Shown here in pieces: positions 57,200-64,000 of a stretch of 64,000 nucleotides of DNA. Position numbers and translations under genes: made by a program. Source of the DNA: Gemmatimonadota bacterium. GTDB lineage: Bacteria; Gemmatimonadota; Gemmatimonadetes; Palauibacterales; Palauibacteraceae. The stretch spans positions 16,396-80,395 of the forward strand of contig JAVVDU010000005.1 of assembly GCA_032251515.1 (NCBI GenBank), read 5' to 3'. Position 1 is the stretch's first letter. Every line of letters starts with the position of its first letter. The notes under the pieces are model-generated. The model was given only the letters and a program-made list of their open reading frames with translations. It was not told the DNA's origin and searched no databases.

Positions 57200-58923
57200 T
57201 CCGCCGCGCCGAGGATCGCGGCACGCGCGTCGGGGCGCACGCCGCGCAGCTCCCGGCGGCGCGCGAGGACCGACTCCACGTCGTACAGGAACGTGTACGG
57301 CTGCGCCTCGGCCACCATGCGGCCGTAGCGGGCCACGAGCCGGGCCTGGACGTCGGGCCCCACCACGAGCTGCAGCGAGTCGAGTAAGGCGTCGAGCTCG
57401 GGCCGGCACCAGCCGGTGAACTGGAACGGCGAGGTCGGGCGGTCGCAGGCGAACATGTCCCGGTCGTCCAGCATCACGTCCCGCACCCAGCCGACGAGGA
57501 AGGCGTCGAAGCGGCGGTCGGGGCCGGTGACGAGCGGGACCAGGGCGGCCTGCTCCCGCACGCGCGTACTGACCTCCACGCCGACATCCCGGAGGTTCGC
57601 CTGCGCGATCGCCGCCACCTGCGCCCAGTCATCGCGCGGCGTGTGCAGGAGGTCGAACTGGAAGGACCGCCCGTCGCGGTCGCGGATCCCGTCCCCGTCC
57701 GAGTCGGTCCAGCCGGCGGCGGCGAGCAGGGTCCGGGCCGAGTCCGGCGCGAAGGGGAGCGGGGCGAGCGTGGAGTCGAACGCGGGGTGCCAGCGGCCGA
57801 CCGGCCCGGCCAGCACCCGCCCGTACGGCCCGCGCACCACCTCGCGGATCCCCTCCCGGTCGATCGCGAGGGTCAGGGCCCGACGCACGGCCGGATCGGT
57901 CAGCGGCGGGCGGCGCGTGTTCCAAGCGATGAACGCGTACTCGGGCGCCGCGAAGCCGGCGACCGCGACGGCCGTGTCCGCGGCGAGCCGGGCCGCGGCA
58001 TCGGGGGTCACGTCGAGCAGCAGGTGGACCCTCCCGCGCTTCAGCTCCGCCTCCGCCACCGCGCCGTCGGGGATCTGCCGATACACGTAGCGGTCCACGT
58101 ACGGCCGGCCGCCGAGCGCCTCGGGGAAGTCCGGGTTCGCCTCGAACACCCAGCGGTCGCCGGGCACGCGGCGGAGGAAGCGGAACGGGCCCGCTCCCAC
58201 GGGCTCGGTCGTGCCGAACGGGTGCCGCTCCAGCTCCTCCGGCGGCACGTCGCCCAGGATGTGCTCGGGCAGGATCGCGGTGCGCATCCACCCGTACAGG
58301 AGGTGGGCGCGGGGCCGCACCGTGAAGCGGATCGTGTGCTCGTCCAGGACCTCCGCCGCCTCCCAGGCGTCGAAGTAGGCCGGGTTCGCGAACGGGACGG
58401 CCGGATCGATGGCGCGCTCCCAGGTGAAGGCGACGTCCCGCGCCGTGACCGGGTGGCCGTCGTGCCAGCGCACGTCGTCGCGCAGGCGGAAGGTCACGCG
58501 GTCGCCGCGGGCATCGAAGCTCCAGCTCTCGGCGAGGCGCGGCAGGGGCTCGGCCCCGGGACCCTCGGCCACCAGCGTGATGTGCAGGAGGTGAATCTGG
58601 TGCTCGAGGCTGGGCCGGTCCGCCACGATGAGCGGGTTCATGGTGAGCAGGTCGCCCGGTCCCGCCACCACCACCGTGCCCCCGTACCGCTCCTCCTCCG
58701 GAACGCGGGGCCGTGCTTCCGCCGCGGCGCCGTCTCCCCCGCGACCCCAGGAGGTCGGCGGCGGCGCCTCGTCGCCGGCATCCCGGCCGGCGTCGCAGCC
58801 GGCGGCCGCGAGCAGGAGCGCCGCGAGCAGCGCCGGCGGAGCGGCGGAGCGGCGAAGGGAACCCGGCCGCCGGCGGGCGGACGGGAGCGGGCGGCGCGGG
58901 GACGTCGAACTCGGAGCGTTCAC
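57148..58923 (-). CDS. ABC transporter substrate-binding lipoprotein, family 5 (DppA/OppA-like)
   Basis: The GTG start is at 58923 (verified). The signal and lipobox are ALLAALLLAAAGCDAG. The product is about 590 aa, with the SBP_bac_5 size and conserved Trp/aromatic pattern. Confidence 0.85.
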   Translation of the reverse strand: MNAPSSTSPRRPLPSARRRPGSLRRSAAPPALLAALLLAAAGCDAGRDAGDEAPPPTSWGRGGDGAAAEARPRVPEEERYGGTVVVAGPGDLLTMNPLIVADRPSLEHQIHLLHITLVAEGPGAEPLPRLAESWSFDARGDRVTFRLRDDVRWHDGHPVTARDVAFTWERAIDPAVPFANPAYFDAWEAAEVLDEHTIRFTVRPRAHLLYGWMRTAILPEHILGDVPPEELERHPFGTTEPVGAGPFRFLRRVPGDRWVFEANPDFPEALGGRPYVDRYVYRQIPDGAVAEAELKRGRVHLLLDVTPDAAARLAADTAVAVAGFAAPEYAFIAWNTRRPPLTDPAVRRALTLAIDREGIREVVRGPYGRVLAGPVGRWHPAFDSTLAPLPFAPDSARTLLAAAGWTDSDGDGIRDRDGRSFQFDLLHTPRDDWAQVAAIAQANLRDVGVEVSTRVREQAALVPLVTGPDRRFDAFLVGWVRDVMLDDRDMFACDRPTSPFQFTGWCRPELDALLDSLQLVVGPDVQARLVARYGRMVAEAQPYTFLYDVESVLARRRELRGVRPDARAAILGAAEWWLEPRARGDRAESRR

Positions 58924-59009
58924 GGCCGGAAACCTAGGCCGCGTCGTGCCGGCCTGAAAGGCGCGGCGCGGGCGGGCGGCGCGGACTCCGGCTCATGCCG
59001 CGCTCCGCC

Positions 59010-59792
59010 TCAGAGCCGCCAGGTCCAGGCGCGGTCCTCGTACCGGGGCTGCAGGGCGCACGCCCTCTCCTCCTCCTCGGGCGCCGGGGCCGCGGGCACG
59101 AGCTCCGCCTCGAGCACCTCGGCGAACCCCGCGGCCAGGGCCCGCTCCAGCTCCGTGGCGTCAGGCTCCCGGCCCAGAAGCTCGGCCAGTCCGGCGGCCG
59201 GCACGTCGGCGGGCGGCGGTCCGTCCACCCGCAGCCGCTCCACCACGTCCTGCTCGTTGCGCAGCAGGATGGACCCGTGCTGCAGCAGCGCGCCGGCGTC
59301 GCGCCACTGGGCGCTGCCGACCAGCTTGCGGCCCCCGGCCGTCACCTCGCCGGGCAGCGGATCGCGGAAGCAGGCGCGCACGGTGGGGCGGGGCGCCGGC
59401 CCGCCGTCGCCCTCGTGTACGGCGGCGGGGGCACCGAGCCGCCGGAGGCCCACCGCGAGGGCGCGGTTGATCCGGAGGTACGCCTCCCGCAGGGACCCCC
59501 AGTCGGCCGGGGCGGTGACGGAGTAGGTGAGTTCGCGGTGGTGCAGCACGGAGCGGCCGCCCGTCGGGCGGCGGACTACGTCGTAGCCGAGCGCGGCCGC
59601 CCGCTCCCCGTCGTAGCGCCCCCGGGCCTCCTGGTTACGGCCGAACGACAGGCAGCCGGGCTCCCAGCGGTACAGCCGCAGCGTCACGATGCCCGTCCGG
59701 CCGGCCGACTCCATCAGGGCGTGGTCCACCGCCATGTTGCGGGCGCCGCGCGCCGGCGGGTCCGCGAGCAGGCGCACCCGAAAGGCGGCCAC
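59010..59792 (-). CDS. lipoate-protein ligase family protein (LplA catalytic-domain-only / octanoyltransferase-like)
   Basis: The BPL/LPL catalytic fold motifs are present (RLYRWEPGCLSFGRNQ, RRPTGGRSVLHHRELTYSV, GRKLVGSAQ). The product is 260 aa. Confidence 0.72.
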   Translation of the reverse strand: MAAFRVRLLADPPARGARNMAVDHALMESAGRTGIVTLRLYRWEPGCLSFGRNQEARGRYDGERAAALGYDVVRRPTGGRSVLHHRELTYSVTAPADWGSLREAYLRINRALAVGLRRLGAPAAVHEGDGGPAPRPTVRACFRDPLPGEVTAGGRKLVGSAQWRDAGALLQHGSILLRNEQDVVERLRVDGPPPADVPAAGLAELLGREPDATELERALAAGFAEVLEAELVPAAPAPEEEERACALQPRYEDRAWTWRL

Positions 59793-59796
59793 CGCG

Positions 59797-61293
59797 TCAG
59801 TCCCCGGCGGCCGCCTCGAAGCTCCAGCGCAGGTCCAGCTGGCGCGCCGCCCGCCCCTCGTCCAGGCGCCGCAGGGGCGTGAGGTGCGGCGCCGAGGTCA
59901 CCGTCTCCGGCTCCGTCTCGGCCTCGCGGGCGATCGCGATGCAGGCGGCGGCGTAGCGCTCGATCTCCTCCTTCGTCTCCGTCTCGGTGGGCTCGGTCAT
60001 CAGCGCCTCCGGGACGTTGAGCGGGAAGTAGACGGTCGGCGCGTGGAAGCCGTAGTCGAGCAGCCGCTTGGCGATATCCATCGTCTTCACGCCGGTGCGT
60101 CGCTTGATCTCCGACCCGGAGAACACGGACTCGTGCATCCCCCGGCCGAACGGGAGCGCGTAGTGCGGTTCCAGCAGGGCGGTGAGATACGCGTTGTTCA
60201 GCACCGACGCCTCGGCCGTCGCCCGGATCCCCTCGCGGCCCAGCATCCGGATGTAAGTCCAGGCACGCACCATCACGCCGAAGTTCCCGTAGAACCCGTG
60301 CAGCTTCCCGAACGACTGCGGCCGGTCCCAGTCCAGCCCGTAACTACCGTCGTCGCGCAGCACGACGCGCGGCACGGGCAGGAACGGCTCCAGGGCAGCC
60401 GTGACCGCGACCGGCCCCGATCCGGGCCCGCCGCCGCCGTGCGGCGTGCTGAACGTCTTGTGCAGGTTGAAGTGGACGATGTCGTAGCCCATGTCGCCCG
60501 GCCTGGTCACCCCCATCAGGGCGTTCAGGTTCGCGCCGTCCATGTACATCAGGCCGCCCGCGCCGTGGACGAGGCTGCAGATCTCCTCGATCTCGGACTC
60601 GAACTTCCCGAGGGTGTTCGGGTTGGTCAGCATCATGCCCGCCACGGACTCGTCCAGCGCCTCCCGCAGGACGTCGAGGTCCACCCGGCCCTGCGCGTTG
60701 GAGGGCAGCTCCACGGCCTCGAAGCCCGCCATCGCGGCGGTGGCCGGGTTCGTCCCGTGTGCCGATTCCGGGAACAGGACCTTGCGTCGCGTCTCCCCCT
60801 CGCCGCGCGACTCGTGCCAGGCCCGCATCAGCAGGACGCCCGTCATCTCGCCCTGCGCGCCGGCCGCCGGCTGCAGGGTGACGGCCTCCATGCCCGCGAT
60901 CTCCTTGAGCCACTCCGCCAGCTCGTGCATCAGGCGCAGCGCCCCCTGGGCGCCCGCCTGGGGCATGAAGGGGTGGAGCCCCGCGAAGCCCTCCGTGCGC
61001 ACCGCCGCCTCGTTCACCTTCGGGTTGTACTTCATCGTGCACGACCCGAGGGGATACAGGGCCCGGTCCACGTGGTGGTTCTTGAGCGACAGCTCCGTGT
61101 AGTGCCGGACCACCTCGTGCTCCGGGACCTCCGGCAGGCGCGGGGGCTCGGTCCGCAGGTGGCGGGCCGGGATCAGCTCCTCGACCGGGGGCGTCTCGAC
61201 GTCCGCCTTCCGGATCGAGGCGCCGCGGCGCCCCGGCCGGGACTTCTCGAAGATCGTCGGTGTCTCGTCGGCCTTGAAGGGAAAGTGGGCCAT
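59797..61293 (-). CDS. gcvPB: glycine dehydrogenase (decarboxylating) subunit 2
   Basis: The PLP-lysine region (NLHKTFSTPHGGGGPG) is present. The sequence is collinear with GcvPB over 498 aa. Confidence 0.95.
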   Translation of the reverse strand: MAHFPFKADETPTIFEKSRPGRRGASIRKADVETPPVEELIPARHLRTEPPRLPEVPEHEVVRHYTELSLKNHHVDRALYPLGSCTMKYNPKVNEAAVRTEGFAGLHPFMPQAGAQGALRLMHELAEWLKEIAGMEAVTLQPAAGAQGEMTGVLLMRAWHESRGEGETRRKVLFPESAHGTNPATAAMAGFEAVELPSNAQGRVDLDVLREALDESVAGMMLTNPNTLGKFESEIEEICSLVHGAGGLMYMDGANLNALMGVTRPGDMGYDIVHFNLHKTFSTPHGGGGPGSGPVAVTAALEPFLPVPRVVLRDDGSYGLDWDRPQSFGKLHGFYGNFGVMVRAWTYIRMLGREGIRATAEASVLNNAYLTALLEPHYALPFGRGMHESVFSGSEIKRRTGVKTMDIAKRLLDYGFHAPTVYFPLNVPEALMTEPTETETKEEIERYAAACIAIAREAETEPETVTSAPHLTPLRRLDEGRAARQLDLRWSFEAAAGD

Positions 61294-61314
61294 CGCCCGT
61301 GTCTCCTCGGGTGG

Positions 61315-62010
61315 CTAGAAGTCCCAGGACTCGCCGGGACGCAGGACGACGACATCGGCCCGGGGCTCGACGAGCGCCCGGAACGCGCCGGTATCCTGCG
61401 CGATGAGCGGCCAGGTGTCGTAGTGGATCGGGATCACGGTGCGTGGCTCGATCATCTCCACGGCGCGCGCCGCGTCCTCAGGTCCCATGGTGAAGTTGTC
61501 GCCGATCGGCAGCAGGGCGACGTCCACCCGGCCGCGCAGCAGCTCGAGATCGCGGGTGAGCGCCGTGTCACCGGCGTGGTAGATCCGCGTCCCGTCGGTC
61601 TCCAGCAGGAAGCCGTGCGGCGTGCTCGTGTACGCCTCGCCGCCCTCGGCGTTCAGCGTGCCCGTGTGGATGGCCGGGGTCAGCTTGACCCGGCCGAACG
61701 GGAAGTCGTGGGCCCCGCCCACGTTCATCCCGTGCCCGTTCTCGTGCCCGAGCTTCTCGGCCGCGTAGCTCACGATCTCGAACGTGGCGATGAGCCGTGC
61801 GCCCGTCCTGGCGAGCAGGTCCCACGCGTCGGCCACGTGGTCGAAGTGGCCGTGCGTCAGCAGGACCGCGTCGAGACGGTCGTGGAAGTGATCCGGCCCC
61901 ACCGTGGCGGCCGGATTGTTGCCGGCGAGGAACGGGTCCACGAGGAGCCGCGTGCCATCGCCCGTCACGATCTCCGTGCACGAGTGCCCGTGAAAGATCA
62001 GCCTGTCCAT
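61315..62010 (-). CDS. metallo-beta-lactamase-fold metal-dependent hydrolase (UPF0173-like)
   Basis: The MBL motif is HxHxDH (LTHGHFDHV), followed by downstream His/Asp ligands. The product is 231 aa and is embedded between gcvPA and gcvPB. Confidence 0.8.
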   Translation of the reverse strand: MDRLIFHGHSCTEIVTGDGTRLLVDPFLAGNNPAATVGPDHFHDRLDAVLLTHGHFDHVADAWDLLARTGARLIATFEIVSYAAEKLGHENGHGMNVGGAHDFPFGRVKLTPAIHTGTLNAEGGEAYTSTPHGFLLETDGTRIYHAGDTALTRDLELLRGRVDVALLPIGDNFTMGPEDAARAVEMIEPRTVIPIHYDTWPLIAQDTGAFRALVEPRADVVVLRPGESWDF

Positions 62011-62041
62011 GTCCGTCCTCCCTTCCGACTTCAGCCTGGCT

Positions 62042-63382
62042 TCAGCCCGCGATCACGTCCACCAGGCGGTCGATCTCGGCCCGCGTCCGCCGCTCCGTGA
62101 AGGCGAGCAGGAGCCCGTCGGGCGTCGCGAGCAGCGGGAAGCGGGACAGGCTCACCCCGGCCAGGATTCCGGCCGAGAAGCCGCGCTCCAGGATCGCCCG
62201 CGAGTTCTCCTTCGTGCGGACCGCGAACTCCCGCACGAACGGGGCATCCGGGTACAGCGGTTCGACCCCGTCGACCGCGGCGAGGCGACGCCACGCGTAG
62301 TGGGCGTTGCGGGCCGACGCCTCCGCCATCTCCCGCAGTCCCTCGCGCCCCAGCAGCGCCAGGTGGATCGTGGCGGCGAGGGCGTTCAGGCCCTGGTTCG
62401 TGCAGATGTTGCTCGTCGCCTTGTCGCGCCGGATCTGCTGCTCGCGCGTCTGGAGGGTGAGCACGTAGCCGCGCCGGCCCTCCGCGTCCTCGGTCGCCCC
62501 CACGATGCGCCCCGGCATCTTGCGGACGAGCTTCTGCCGCGCCGCGAACAGTCCGACCACCGGGCCGCCGAAGGACAACGGGTTGCCGAACGGCTGCCCC
62601 TCGGCGACCACGATGTCCGCGCCGCACGCGCCGGGCGGGCGCAGCAGGGCGAGGGTCACCGGATCGGCGACCACCACGAGCAGGGCGCCCGCCGCATGCA
62701 CGGCCTCGGCCAGCGGCTCCAGCTCCTCGATCGCCCCGAGGAAGTTCGGGTACTGCACGAGGAAGCACGCCACGTCGTCGCCCAGCGCGGCGGACAGCGC
62801 CTCCCGGTCCACCAGGCCGTCGGGCCCGGCCGGGATCCCCTCGAGCGCCGAGCCCTGCCCGTACAGGTAGGTCTCCGTGACCTTGCGGTAGTGCGGGTGC
62901 AGCGTGTCGGCCGCGAGCACCCGGTCGCGGCGCGTCACGGCGCGGGCCATGACCGCCGCCTCGGCCGCCGCCGAGGGCCCGTCGTACATGGAGGCGTTCG
63001 CCACGTCCATCCCCGCGAGCTCACAGACCATCGTCTGGAACTCGTAGATCACCTGCAGCGTGCCCTGCGAGACCTCGGGCTGATAGGGCGTGTAGGCCGT
63101 GTAGAACTCGCTGCGCCGCACGAGGTGGTCCACCGCCGCGGGGACGTAATGGTCGTACTGCCCGGCGCCCGCGAAGCAGACGAGCTTCCGGTTGCGGGCC
63201 GCGAGATCGTGGATCGCCTGCAGGGCCTCGGCCTCGGAGGCAGCCGGCGGAAGGTCGGGCAGGCCGTCCCGGATCAGCCCGGCCGGCACGTCGGCGTACA
63301 GCTCCCGGATATCGGAAACGCCGGCCGCCGCGAGCATCTCGCGCCGGTCGGCGTCACTGTGCGGTACGAAGGACATGGTCAC
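62042..63382 (-). CDS. gcvPA: glycine dehydrogenase (decarboxylating) subunit 1
   Basis: The sequence is collinear with GcvPA over 446 aa (YTPYQPEVSQGTLQ, ASMYDG). Confidence 0.95.
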   Translation of the reverse strand: MTMSFVPHSDADRREMLAAAGVSDIRELYADVPAGLIRDGLPDLPPAASEAEALQAIHDLAARNRKLVCFAGAGQYDHYVPAAVDHLVRRSEFYTAYTPYQPEVSQGTLQVIYEFQTMVCELAGMDVANASMYDGPSAAAEAAVMARAVTRRDRVLAADTLHPHYRKVTETYLYGQGSALEGIPAGPDGLVDREALSAALGDDVACFLVQYPNFLGAIEELEPLAEAVHAAGALLVVVADPVTLALLRPPGACGADIVVAEGQPFGNPLSFGGPVVGLFAARQKLVRKMPGRIVGATEDAEGRRGYVLTLQTREQQIRRDKATSNICTNQGLNALAATIHLALLGREGLREMAEASARNAHYAWRRLAAVDGVEPLYPDAPFVREFAVRTKENSRAILERGFSAGILAGVSLSRFPLLATPDGLLLAFTERRTRAEIDRLVDVIAG

Positions 63383-63464
63383 CTGCCGTTCGGGAGGGGC
63401 GGAGCCGCGGCGGCAAGGCCCGACGCGGCTCCCCGGGCGCGCTCCCGGGCGCGACCCGGCGGCG

Positions 63465-63854
63465 TCAGCTCTCGACGTGCGACGCGTAGTCCGTGTCGGA
63501 GAGCAACGCGTCGAGCTCCGACGAGTCCTTGGCGCGGATGCGGATCATCCAGCCCTCGCCGTAGGGATCGGAGTTCACAAGGGCCGGATCCTCGTCCAGC
63601 GCCTCGTTGACCGCCACGATCTCCCCGCTCAGCGGACAGAACAGGTCGGACACCGCCTTCACGGCCTCGATCGTCCCGAACACTTCCATGCGATCGAACG
63701 TGTCGCCGGGAGCGGGCAGCTCGACGAACACGACGTCGCCCAGCTCGCCCTGCGCGTAATCGGTGACACCCACGAGGAACTCGTTCTCCACGTCCGTGTC
63801 GCGGACGTACTCGTGTTCCTCCGTGTACCTGAGCCCATTCGGGATCTCGGACAT
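63465..63854 (-). CDS. gcvH: glycine cleavage system H protein
   Basis: The lipoyl-lysine motif is present (ELPAPGDTFDRMEVFGTIEAVKAVSDLFCPLSGE). The product is 129 aa. A GGAGG SD lies 8 nt upstream of the ATG. Confidence 0.95.
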   Translation of the reverse strand: MSEIPNGLRYTEEHEYVRDTDVENEFLVGVTDYAQGELGDVVFVELPAPGDTFDRMEVFGTIEAVKAVSDLFCPLSGEIVAVNEALDEDPALVNSDPYGEGWMIRIRAKDSSELDALLSDTDYASHVES

Positions 63855-63918
63855 GACCGGGCCTCCAGAATCGTCGAGGGTCTGCCTGGAAACGGCGGCG
63901 CGCGCGCGCCGGGGCAGG

Positions 63919-63948
63919 AGGATACCCCGCGCCGGGATCAGGTGTCAA
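63919..63948 (-). promoter_or_regulatory. putative sigma-70-type promoter for gcvH operon (TTGACA-18nt-TATCCT)
   Basis: On the minus strand, TTGACA (plus strand tgtcaa 63943-63948) and GTATCCT (63919-63924) are separated by an 18-nt spacer. The element lies about 60 nt upstream of the gcvH ATG. It is a sequence match only. Confidence 0.3.
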
Positions 63949-64000
63949 GCGGCCGGCGCGGTCACCGGAAGGGGGCCTTCCGGGCGGCATTTCCGGCGTG

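Noticed and set aside
63855-64000. Possible glycine riboswitch upstream of gcvH.
   Set aside because: By eye, I could not find the conserved glycine-riboswitch cores (GGAGAG…CUCUGGAGAG…ACCGAAGGGGCAA) on the minus-strand transcript. The sequence fits a plain promoter plus a short leader better. A covariance-model scan would be needed to be sure.

Overview
This is a high-GC window (about 70% overall, judged by eye) of bacterial chromosomal DNA. It is densely packed with protein-coding genes on both strands, with about 53 confident or plausible CDS. The GWxTD-domain protein, the many predicted lipoproteins and outer-membrane proteins, a Lon with an acidic insert, and the frequent GTGA/ATGA stop-start overlaps suggest a Gemmatimonadota-like organism. 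That taxonomic call is inference only. Recognisable housekeeping genes include lon, a long-type 6-phosphofructokinase, msrA, a ZIP metal transporter, rph, beta-carbonic anhydrase, tatA, priA, an RpoD-family sigma factor, a PP2C phosphatase, maeB, polA, an Slt-type lytic transglycosylase and a TonB-dependent receptor. There is also a five-gene peptide-type ABC transporter and a gcvH-gcvPA-gcvPB glycine-cleavage cluster with an embedded MBL-fold hydrolase and a lipoate ligase-like gene. No rRNA, tRNA, CRISPR array or transposase was recognised. The high GC content produces many long spurious ORFs antisense to the real genes, and these were discarded. Three regions stand out. The first is a GC-depleted (~55-60%) island at ~38.3-42.45 kb encoding four secreted or lipoprotein products, including a leishmanolysin-like (M8, HExxHALGF) zinc metalloprotease lipoprotein translationally coupled to a small lipoprotein. 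The island's first gene carries a C10 homopolymer in codons 5-8, a candidate phase-variation switch. The second is a tightly coupled five-gene operon (74-6692, minus strand) that mixes envelope proteins (metallophosphoesterase lipoprotein, beta-barrel OMP, large lipoprotein) with a cytoplasmic UbiE-type methyltransferase and a CrtI/HpnE-like FAD oxidoreductase. The third is a set of short coding tandem repeats, an orphan ExbB and an HNH endonuclease co-oriented with tatA. All start coordinates in this genome are uncertain by tens of bases, because GTG starts are frequent and Shine-Dalgarno sites are not always present.
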